A stretch of DNA of 62,669 nt, the filler included, from Bonamia ostreae (taxonomy: Eukaryota), in assembly GCA_040357525.1 (NCBI GenBank). It is 41 parts of 41 records of this genome, joined end to end, with 100 filler letters (N's around TTAATTAATTAA, not from the genome) between each part and the next. Parts side by side here need not be neighbours in the genome. Positions count along the whole stretch, not along the records: positions 50,583 to 52,007 come from JBDODL010001840.1; positions 52,108 to 53,531 come from JBDODL010001841.1; positions 53,632 to 55,055 come from JBDODL010001842.1; positions 55,156 to 56,579 come from JBDODL010001843.1; positions 56,680 to 58,102 come from JBDODL010001844.1; positions 58,203 to 59,625 come from JBDODL010001845.1; positions 59,726 to 61,147 come from JBDODL010001846.1; 34 more parts are not named here. The stretch is one strand, 5' to 3'. Shown here one piece after another: positions 50,583 through 61,147 of the stretch. The position numbers and the translations under genes were made by a program. The notes below the pieces were generated by a model, which searched no databases, had not been told where the DNA came from, and saw nothing but the letters and a program-made list of their open reading frames with translations. Every line of letters begins with the position of its first letter. The first letter of the stretch is position 1.

Positions 50583-51683
50583 AACGCAGTGTCGACATAA
50601 TAATGAAAGATTTATGCAAATTGGAGAGATTTGTTGAAAAGATTACAAAAGAATTTAATAATAAATAATCGTTTCTAGTTTAAAATCAGTCTGTGCTTTG
50701 CCCAAATAATATTCCAGCCAATTGATTCCATTAAAAACAGACAAATTTTTAATTTTCGTTAAGTCGTTTTCCTTTGATTCATTTTCGCTTAAGAATGAAC
50801 TTAAATAAAATTCGAGTAGACCAAAAACGAACGAGAAATCCGGTTCCTCTGTTGTTGTTTCCACATTAGTCAAGTCGGCTATGAAAAGTTGGTGATTATT
50901 TTTTGTCAAAAGCAGTTCTTTGCTAGAAGAAATTTTTGGATGAACAGATATCTGTGAGAGCTGATCGATCATGGTTATATATTGCGCCGTCACGTGGACT
51001 TATTTTTATCATTTTAAAACCTGCTGATGATCTTTTCAGAGTTTCAAAATCGCTTTATTTTTTAATTTTTATTTTTGACTAAAACTGGCCTCAATTACTA
51101 ACGGCCAAAATAATAATTTTTCGAAAATAATTATTAATTAATTTTTAGGCGTTGAAATAAAAATTGTAAATAAATTTTTGCTCTTCGTTTTTAGTGCTTT
51201 AAAGAGTAAACCTCAAAAATTTAGCTTCCGGAATTCCAGAGAGGAAAAGTTCGGTGTTTGCACCGGTTCTTTTGATCATTTCGACAGAAGGAAAATTTGC
51301 AGGTTTATTTTTTTGAATTCTTTTATAAGCTGAAATTTCATTATCAGCCTTAGTTCTATCTTTTATCTTTCTCAAGTAGCAGCTCTTGCCGTCTAAAGAG
51401 ACTCTTGGAAACGGTCCCGCGAAATTTTCTACCACCCAATATTTTCGATATAAATATCTATTCAAAAATTAAAGATTTTGAGGTTGTCAGCTAAGTCATA
51501 AAAACTTTAACGTTAAAATACAAAAATTTGAAAAAACTCATCTTTATTAATAATTGGTTGAACTAAATGGAATTTGTAATCGCTTCTCTTTTCTTTGAAA
51601 TGCAAAAAGGACAATATTATGGCAGGAAGCCAATAGGACACAATTGTGCATATAGATAACGCGATGTAGATATCGTACTGCAT
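50583..51683 (-). CDS. Hypothetical protein with N-terminal TM and possible kinase-like region (3' partial)
   Basis: MQYDIYIALSICTIVSYWLPAIILSF followed by exons including CYLRKIKDRTKADNEISAYKRI; family not confirmed. Confidence 0.4.
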
Positions 51684-52248
51684 TTTCTTAAATATGTTTG
51701 TTTTTGATTATAGAATTATCTTTAATCAAAATTTTAAATTTTTGAAAAATTGGTTTAACGACATTACTTATTCGAAATAAAATAAAAATGTTAAAAATAA
51801 GATTTCCGAATATGTTTTTACGTTAAAATAATGTTTTAAGTTATTTATTTATTCTAGACCGAATTTTTGATGCGATTGGCATTTCTTTTTGAGTTTCGAG
51901 TACTTTTTATTGTTATTTTTTATCTACAAAATAAAGTTCAAAGTTAAAATAATTAGTTGCGATAAAATTACATAAAGATGTGAAAAGATCTTTATCGTTT
52001 TGGTCCANNNNNNNNNNNNNNNNNNNNNNNNNNNNNNNNNNNNNNNNNNNNTTAATTAATTAANNNNNNNNNNNNNNNNNNNNNNNNNNNNNNNNNNNNN
52101 NNNNNNNCACACACATACTATTGAAATTATGTCGATTTATTTGTTCGTACAATAACCGTTAATGTTATTTTTTCATAACAACCGTCTTGAAAACTACATG
52201 TTCGGCATATAAACTGACCTTTTTCGGTAAGCAAACCAAGCCCTCAAA

Positions 52249-53531
52249 ATGGCAAAAGACAAAGTGAAAATAGCTCCTTCGATCAAATTCTGCATCGCCT
52301 TTATCGGTCTGCAGATAATCACGACTTACATTACCACGATTTCAGGTTTCAAAATGCGACCAAGAAAAATTAATTTGGTAAATTATTTTAATTTCCATTA
52401 AGTAAAACTTAGCGGAAAATCAAGCTAATTTTTTTTAAAGTTGCTGACATTTGGACACAACTCTTTTCGCGTAACATTTATACTACGTTCAATTATGTCG
52501 GTTCTATCCCAAATGTTGTTCTCGCTTTGTTTATCCCTCTTATGATGAAATTTGTCTCTATTTCCAAAATTTTCTACATCAACGCAGTCACTCAAATCGT
52601 CTCTTGCGCCGTGTTGACTTCCATCCCTACGATTTTAATCAAATCAAACAGGGACGTCGCCCTGGCGATGACCTGTTTTCAAATTTTACTAAAGTCTTGT
52701 TCTTACTAATTTCTTCTTCCGGCTTCGCTATCACTCAAACAGCCATTTTCGCGTTTTATTGGCTTTCAACAATTTTCCAAAAGATTCGCAGCCGAGTTTT
52801 CAAACCAGACGGTCCAGTTTTACATAACGGGGTTGTCCATTGCAAACCTCTTGTACGGTCTGTACTTCCTGCCCTTCCCTAACAATGTTCCAAACCTGCA
52901 AAATAGGACGATATGCTACTATGCCTTGCCACTTGTCGTCCATTTCGTTTCGATTCTCGTCTTCTATTTCACGTCAAAGAAAATCACCAAAAAGGAAGAA
53001 AGAGTTCATTTTTCCAATTTTCAGAGAGGAATCGAAAAAGACGAGAGCGAATTGCAACGCAGCTTCACAGAGAGTTTCAAAGTCGTGTTGAAGAAGAAGT
53101 GGCTAATTTTCACTCTCAATTTCTGTTTTGTTTTATATTGTAGTTATGTTCTTGGGCACGTTCTTGGTTTACCCCTCGTTTATGTTTCAAGCGACTTCGT
53201 CCAATCCCAATCTGAGGGATTTTTGGCCCAAAATCCTCATGATCATTTTCGGGATCAGCGAGGTCTCCGCTCGCATCATTAACACTTTGAAGATACGGTT
53301 CATCGTGAAAGGGATAACCGAGAGCAATATCTGGATGTTTTTAAGTCATTAAAAGTTTCTGCGTGGTGCGCTACATCGTCTGCATATTCCCCTTGTTTAC
53401 TTTCCTGGCGATGAACGGAGTCTTCTACTTGTCCCCGCTGTTGATCGACATCTGCAACGGTGTTTTCTACGCCATTCTCGCGTTCAGTCTCGGAGTGCTG
53501 TTTTATAGATTTAACGAAAGCGGGAACAACA
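52249..53531 (+). CDS. Equilibrative nucleoside transporter (SLC29/ENT-like), 3' partial
   Basis: Many TM helices; spliced AITQTAIFAFAAEFS...YITGLSIA and VLKKKW...FLGTFLVYPS fit the ENT pattern; introns 52675-52694, 52753-52783, 53125-53143, 53337-53355. Confidence 0.7.
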
Positions 53532-54478
53532 NNNNNNNNNNNNNNNNNNNNNNNNNNNNNNNNNNNNNNNNNNNNTTAATTAATTAANNNNNNNNNNNNN
53601 NNNNNNNNNNNNNNNNNNNNNNNNNNNNNNNATTATGTCATTGTTGTTGCAAATTTTTATAAAATCAGTTAGTTTGTTTTTTAAAGTATATTAATTTTCC
53701 TTATTTAATTTATTCCAAATAAAAATATTATTTATTATTCAAATGCTACGACACATTTGTTGTCAAAATTTTATCCCTTTTCAATTATTGTGAAGATCTA
53801 AATCGCAAAAATTTTAGGTTATCAATGTTTTTTGATGAAAATTGCCACACCACAAATTTTCTTTTTATTTCTTTTTTATTTATATGATTTTTTTCAACCA
53901 AGTTTCCTCGATAGCCATTATAAATTATTGAATATGTTATCTTTTTATTATTTAAACGATAATTTATTTCTTTAATCTACTATCACTTTTATGAAAAATA
54001 TTTTATTCGCATTCAAAAAACTTAACTTTTATTGTCCGATCTGAATTTTTATTTTTTCTGTAGGAGATTTACTAAACATCTAATATGACATTTTTTAAAG
54101 TCATTTTTAAATAAATTTTTCGGTTTATTCCATGTGTTCGTGTCGAAATTCTTTTCGGGTGTCCATATTTTTTTTGAATATTATTTAATATTGGTTCCAG
54201 TTCTTTATTTGAAAATATCTCTCAATTTGCAGAGAATAATAAAAAAACTTAACAAACGGTTATTGAACGAAAAAATATGGAATTCTACATGAAAATCTAT
54301 TTTGTAGTGTTTTAAGAACAAAGTTAAGGACAAAGCACCATTTAAAAAATGATCTGACTTTTGAAGAAACAAAAATTGCAGAAGGGACACAAAAAACAAT
54401 GTTACTTACGAAACTTCTAAGAAATGGAAATGTGTATCTTTACTAATTTAAGTTAAAACAGAAAATAAAAAATATTTA

Positions 54479-54964
54479 TTACATAACAGAACAACAATCT
54501 CTATTCTTTTTTTCGCGGCGATCCGTCTCCGACTCGAGGTTTCCCTTTCGATCCAAACATTCCAAAACTTCCACAATTTCAAGCTGTATCGCTTTTTTCG
54601 AGACGTACTCGAAACCCGAAAACTTTTTGTGGAACTGCTCTGGGATTTTTATGCGCTTGTATTTGTTCCGGTTGTTGTTTATAGACATTCTGTTATGTTT
54701 CTGGGGAAAGTCTTTTTTCGACGGCTTCCAAGGAGGATCGATGTAGCCGTTTTCAAGTAATCCGAAATCGATCGGGTTGAACCATTCGTGTTCCTTTATT
54801 TCGGATATGCCGTCCGGGCCTGACCCGAGTCGTTTCGAAGGGGACTTCTCTAAAAGTGCTTTTATGAGAGAAATGGCTTGGGGAGAAAAGAATTTGCTCG
54901 AATAACGGGGCTCGATGTTTAAAACGTTTTTGTCTAAATCACGGGATTTGTCTCCGAATGGTCT
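54479..54964 (-). CDS. AGC-group (GRK-like) protein kinase, last exon, C-terminal CaaX
   Basis: RPF...FSPQAISLIKALLEKSPSKRLGSG...EIKEHEWFNPIDF...IDPPWKP, then AIQLEIVE and terminal CCSVM*. Confidence 0.8.
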   Translation of the reverse strand, partial: RPFGDKSRDLDKNVLNIEPRYSSKFFSPQAISLIKALLEKSPSKRLGSGPDGISEIKEHEWFNPIDFGLLENGYIDPPWKPSKKDFPQKHNRMSINNNRNKYKRIKIPEQFHKKFSGFEYVSKKAIQLEIVEVLECLDRKGNLESETDRREKKNRDCCSVM

Positions 54965-55346
54965 CTTAAATTTGTTAGTTTTAAGGTGGTTTGATTTGTG
55001 ATATGTTATTTTTATTTTTTTATTCTTAATACAAATTGTTCCAATTTTTTCTACGNNNNNNNNNNNNNNNNNNNNNNNNNNNNNNNNNNNNNNNNNNNNT
55101 TAATTAATTAANNNNNNNNNNNNNNNNNNNNNNNNNNNNNNNNNNNNNNNNNNNNTAACCATTTCTAGAGAAGATTTATTGAAATTGCTATAACTTTTAA
55201 ATAGCTCTTTGCAAATTTTAAAAATATTCGAATTTTGCTTTTTCCATTTAAATTTTCCGTTATTTTTTGGATTGGTTCGATTCCCAATCCATGTATTTAT
55301 AGAGTCAGCGCAGTTAACGGGACAACATTTGCATTAAATTTTCGGA

Positions 55347-56208
55347 TGGAAAATTTTAAAAGAGAATTGGATAAATATTTAGCACAAAGAGCAACCGAAA
55401 AACAAAATTTACGAAAATTTGAATTTGAGGAAAATCAAAATTTCCATAAAAAAATAATTTGCAAATCTTTAATAATCGGGTCAAATAGTGTTCCGAATGA
55501 ATATTTGCAAATCGAAGAGCCAACTCGGTTTATTTAAAAAAACATTTCATCGTCAAAATTGTTAATAAATTAGCCAAATAACACGAGCTGTGATAATAAG
55601 CGATAAATCTTTAATCGGCGGAACAAATTCTTTTGTCGCTGTTAAGCCACCTAAAGAAAATTTATTTTCTATTACAATTATCCAGTTGTCTCAAGATCAA
55701 TTTGTTTCTATAGAAAATCATTGTTTTATAAATTTGAAATTTTTGTAACAAAAAATTGACGTTAAAAATTTCAAAAAGACATTATCTATATGTCAACAAC
55801 TTATCATGAAAACGCAAGAAAAGAAATTAGTGATTTGGTCAATAAAATTATAAAAAAAGAAAATTTAAAGTTGTTTTGCTTTTTCGAACAGAAGGAAAAA
55901 ATAATCAACAGAAATTTAGCCAAGAACCTTAAAAATGTTTGTTTAGTTGATCAATCGAGTTGTTCAATTGGATTTAATGCCAGTTATCGCCAGGCAGAAG
56001 AGTTGTTCGCGGAAATGTTTCCGAACAAAATGTTTTTGGAGAAAAGACATTGTGACTCTGAGAATGAAATTGTTAAATTTGCAATTACTAATTTTTCTTC
56101 AATTAATTCTCACGAAAATAAAAATTAGAAAGAAGAATTGGAAGAAATTGATGTGATGTTTGAAGGCGAAAAAACTGTTTCTAGACAAAAACTAGAATTC
56201 TTTAAATA
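55347..56208 (+). CDS. Hypothetical multi-exon protist protein
   Basis: ATG GAA AAT start and same-strand ORF blocks separated by GT...AG segments; no family recognised. Confidence 0.5.
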
Positions 56209-57519
56209 AATTTTTATAAAATTCGTCATTTTCATTTTTTACAAAGTTGTTACTTAACTTTTTGGCGACTTTCTTCAAAGGAGACTTAAATACTTAATCC
56301 ATTCAATTTTAAATCATTTTATTCATCGAATTAAAGTTTTGTTGATCTTTAAATTTTGTTGATCAATACGTTAAAATTAATTTTCTCGCAATTTTTAAAT
56401 TTTTGGGCCAAGCTTAAATTTTCAGTACCTTAATGTCGAAAATTAATTTTAATTTGCATTTAAAATTTTTCATTTGAAAAAAGCGCCTCGACTAGCTTTT
56501 ATGCAAAACAGCGCGACGAAAAAGACACCGAAGAAAAAATTTTCGGAAAAGAATTCAAAGAATCGGCTTTAAAAGAAATNNNNNNNNNNNNNNNNNNNNN
56601 NNNNNNNNNNNNNNNNNNNNNNNTTAATTAATTAANNNNNNNNNNNNNNNNNNNNNNNNNNNNNNNNNNNNNNNNNNNNAAGTAAAAACATAATAAAACA
56701 ATAAACATTAAATATTATTTATAATTAAAAAAAATCGAGGGTTCCGTATTTTCCCTTTTTGTATTTTGTATTCTTTGTAGGCGTTATGGGATTACTCATT
56801 GTTCGTTATTTTCACCGTTTATGTTGCCGTTAGGTGAAAGTAAATTAAGAGTGATATCCTGTATCGTGTACATTTGATCTTTTTATGTAACTGGAAAAAG
56901 TCATATCACATCCTCGTCATTTTCTAGCGGAACAGTCGGATTTCCTACATTTCTTTCGGTAGACATCTCTTTCCTGAATTCCAATCATTTTATCCATCCC
57001 TAAATTCCATATGCCGATTGAATGCCAAAGCTTTATTTCTTTGTAACCACGGTATTTGTGGACAACCCTAGTAGATGCAGATGTAAAGTGCGAGGAAAGG
57101 ACAGAGAAGAACAATTATTTACACAAACAACAGGGATGTGATAAACATAAAATACTAAACTTCAGTCGACTGAGTAATCATATTCAACCAAAAAGGATTT
57201 ATTTCATGTGTTGTGGAACTTCAATTAAAATATTGTTTCCCTTAAAGATAAGCCTTTCCTCCCGTTTTTCCTTTTTCGAGTATTGTTTAAAGTCAAGAAC
57301 TGCAAATATTGTAGGCTATCATGTCACTTGTTATCAATACATTTAAATAAGCATATGTTACGTGCCAAATTAAATTGAATGCTGGCATTATCTAACATTA
57401 TACGTTTTTGAAAATCTTGTTCCATCCTTTTTTAAAGTAAAATATTTGTAAATCTTTCAAAAAGATTTGTAAGCCCCAATGAGCATTTAAAACAATAGTC
57501 ACTATACTAAACTTGTACT

Positions 57520-57672
57520 CCCGTATTGTTCTGCTAATGAGTTGGCAATATCATCCATCTTTCTATGATCTTTAGCTGTTGCATCAATAACATACACAAC
57601 ACAGTGCATTAATCCATCGGTAATCGAAGATGTATTGTACACGTGACCATTAGATGCTTCGTGATCTAAATC
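57520..57672 (-). CDS. IFI44-like exon (host-type, possibly pseudogenic)
   Basis: tttcag acceptor followed by ...SITDGLMHCVVYVIDA, resembling the IHCVVYVIDA motif of IFI44/IFI44L proteins. Confidence 0.55.
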
Positions 57673-58202
57673 CTGAAATTTAGAATTTATGAATAAAGCG
57701 CATACATTCGTTAAGGTATTTATACTGGTAGACCAGGAATTTGATGAATGAGAGGTCATGTGATTGTAAACACCAGACCGCATAAGAGTAAATCGCATCA
57801 ATTACTCTATCGTCAACCTCACTGTATTAAAATTATTAACCAGTCTTTCAGATGAAATTTTGCGAGGTGAACACTCTTAACTACTAACCTACCGCAACAG
57901 ATATCAAGTCAAAGTAATGCACAACATATTCATGGGAAATTGCACTTGATACATGCACATTGTTTGTCTGCTAGACTATACGAATATTACTTGTATTACT
58001 TTTTAGATTTTATTTATTGGCATCTTTATTATATCATTTTTATAAATGTTGTTTAGGTTGAAAGTTTCAAACCAATAATTTTGTCATTTGTTACTTAGTG
58101 ATNNNNNNNNNNNNNNNNNNNNNNNNNNNNNNNNNNNNNNNNNNNNTTAATTAATTAANNNNNNNNNNNNNNNNNNNNNNNNNNNNNNNNNNNNNNNNNN
58201 NN

Positions 58203-59560
58203 ACCAAGTCCGGTGAATACGTCGGCAAATTGCTTAGTAAGTTCATCTTTGGTAAGTTCTGGTTGTTGTTTGATTGACATGATGTTCTCATGATTGACTT
58301 TCAGCAGGTTCATTTGTTGAACAGCCTTACTACCAAGAATAGGTGTCCTTGGATCGTCTATTATGACAAAGTCAGCCTTGTACTTCATGTTGTTTTGGGG
58401 GTTTATGAATGTTAGGTTGCATTTCCCCAGAGGACGAACTTTAGTGTTATTGTACATGATAAGTACTTGATTTGTAGAGTTGATTTTCTCAGAGCCACAC
58501 AGTAGACTTTTATTTATTATGTTACAGGATGCCCCTATATCCAATTCAAAATTTACGGGTCGGTCCTTGAGTAGCATTATGGCATACAGTTGATTATGCT
58601 TGATTTATGCTGCTGACGGATTCATCTGCAAGTTCCATTGATAGCGCAAAGTAGTCCAAGTCGGAGTCACTATTATCATTTTGAACAATGTGGATGTCTT
58701 GTCGATGTTTGCTTAAACACATTTGCTCAAAATGGTTGCTTTTGCCGCATAATTTGCATTCATGACCAAAAGCGGTACATTTGCGTTTATTATTCTCGTG
58801 CTTCGACCCACAATATTTGCACTTAACCGTTGCTGGTGATCGCAGATTCCCAGATTTGTATGAAGGCATACTTTTATTTTGCAGTTTGTTTTGTATAGTC
58901 CCACGTTGAGCTTGCATGTTCTTGGAATTGGAAGTTGCGACATGTTTCCTCTTTTTTAACAAAGTTGACTTATGTTTGTCCATTTGCTGTCAACTCTAGC
59001 GCTTTATTTCTTTCCTTAGAGAGCTCAGACGATCGGCATAGTGTTATACACTTTTCAAGATTGAGATCGAGTTCCCTCAAGAGTCGTTCGCGAGAGATGT
59101 GTCATTAGTACCGCAAAGCATTCTATCACGGATAAGTCAATCCCTTAAATCTCCAAAGCTACACGTCTCCGCAAGGATTCTCAGTTCAGCCAGGTATTTA
59201 TCGAATGGTTCACCACCTTCTGCTACAGAAGAATTTGTATCGTTCAACGGTTTCATTTTTGCGAGGGTCGCAGTGCTTATCGAATTCTTTGATAATCATG
59301 TCTATTTTCCGATCGTTCTCTTCAATTTCGAACGTATCTCCTTCTACGACCTTAGTGAATTTCATAGTTTTATACATCTCGTGGCCCTGTGTTCCGAGCA
59401 AGTACAGTAACATTTTGACCTTCTGAATGTCAGGTTTGTCACTCATTGTAAGATCTACATAGATGTTTAGCTCCTCTTTCCATTTCTTCCAAGCAAGTGA
59501 ATGGTTTTTTTGCGTCAAAGTTCATCGACTCTGGAGGATTTAGTTTGTCAATCGTGCTGG
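58203..59560 (-). mobile_element. Degenerate Ty3/Gypsy LTR retrotransposon gag-protease region (metazoan type)
   Basis: AWKKWKEELNIY...LLYLLG...PRKNETVERYKF gag, double zinc knuckle CKYCGSKH...CKLCGKSNHFEQMC, protease FELDIGA, FADVFTGLG; broken by stops and frameshifts. Confidence 0.9.
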
Positions 59561-59811
59561 TAAGACTCTACCTATTGACACACCTTGTACTTTACCGATG
59601 CAATGTTTTTGACAAGATTCGGTTGNNNNNNNNNNNNNNNNNNNNNNNNNNNNNNNNNNNNNNNNNNNNTTAATTAATTAANNNNNNNNNNNNNNNNNNN
59701 NNNNNNNNNNNNNNNNNNNNNNNNNTGCTCAAAATGCCATTTTATTGCCAAATTTTGATCGTTCTTTTCAAAAAATTTTGTTGTTGTTCAAAATATCATT
59801 TTATAAAACAG

Positions 59812-60808
59812 ACGAAAGTGAAACTAGAACTCAAAAAACAAGAAAACGAATCATTAAAAACTGAACTCAAATCCTCACAGAAAGCACAAATCAGCGAAAA
59901 TTTGCTGTTAAAAAAGCAACTGCGCGATTCCCGCGTGAGCGAGACAAATCTGCGCCATTCTTTGCTTCTCAGAGACATCTCCATACGCAGCCTCCAAAAG
60001 GAAAATTTGGAGATCAATCGAATCTGCCAAAACCTCGAAAAAGATCCATTAAAAATCTCGCCAATAAACTTCGACGACAGCTCAAACGGCAACAAATTGA
60101 TCAGAAATTTCGGAAAAAGCGTTTTCAGAGAAGCTTCTTTAAAGGCGCAGATCAAAAATCTCGAACGCGAGATCGAATTCAAAAACTTTTCCGAACGTTT
60201 TCTTATAAACTAAAAAAGACGACGAAGCCTCAAAACGTCAAAGCGAAAATTATTTTGACGACAAAAATTCGAAAAAAGTTTTGAACAGAGATAACGAAAA
60301 AACATCAAAAAATGTCCAATCGGACAACGAAAAAAGCGCTAAAATCCAAATTGACGAAAATAAAAAAAATGACGGTTTATCGGCCAAAAAATCGATGAAG
60401 GACAATTTGTTCCGGATAAAAAGTGATATGACAACAGAACTTTTGTCGGAAAATCAATTGAGCATGAAAAGACTTTCGCTCTATTCCAAAACTTTCGATA
60501 AAGAAAAATCCTCTTCTGTCAACGATCTCCCGAATGAGCTCAAAAACGTGGAAGATGAGATCGTTTTGGCGACGTTTGAAAAGAAGAAAGTTTCCGAATC
60601 GCTGAAAATAGTTGAAAAGAGCGACTATTCGGAGCGTTCGAAGGTCTTCAAGGCGTTTTCGAGTTCGAGTTCCGATGTCTTTGCGGTTTTGGAGAAAAGT
60701 TCGGAAGAGGACATTGCGGCGAATATGTTGTTAATTGTGCAGTCGATAAAGGACACGCCGTTGTGGCTGCACAGAGAGAGAAAAAGAATTTTGAGTATTG
60801 TTAGAGAC
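59812..60808 (+). CDS. Hypothetical coiled-coil protist protein (partial)
   Basis: Two ORFs join in frame via the 22-nt intron 60197-60218. Confidence 0.6.
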
Positions 60809-60829
60809 GTTTTAAATTTTAAAATTTGA

Positions 60830-61147
60830 TTTTTTAATTGATCAATTTTTTGACGAAGATCAATTTTTTATTATTTTTTTAATTTTGATCAATTTTTGTT
60901 AATTTTTTATTAATTTTTTTTAATTTTGATCAATTTTTGTTAATTTTTTATTAATTTTTTTAATTGATCAATTTTTTGACGAAGATCAATTTTAATTATT
61001 TTTTTATTTTGATCAATTTTTTATTATTTTTTTTAATTTGATCAATTTTTGTTAATTTTTTATTAATTTTTTAATTGATCAATTTTTTGACGAAGATCAA
61101 TTTTTTATTATTTTTTTTATTTTGATCAATTTTTTATTAATTTTATA
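60830..61147. repeat. T-rich intronic tandem repeat (ttgatcaatttt units)
   Basis: Repeated gatcaatttttt(gacgaa) blocks after a putative GT donor at about 60809. Confidence 0.85.
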
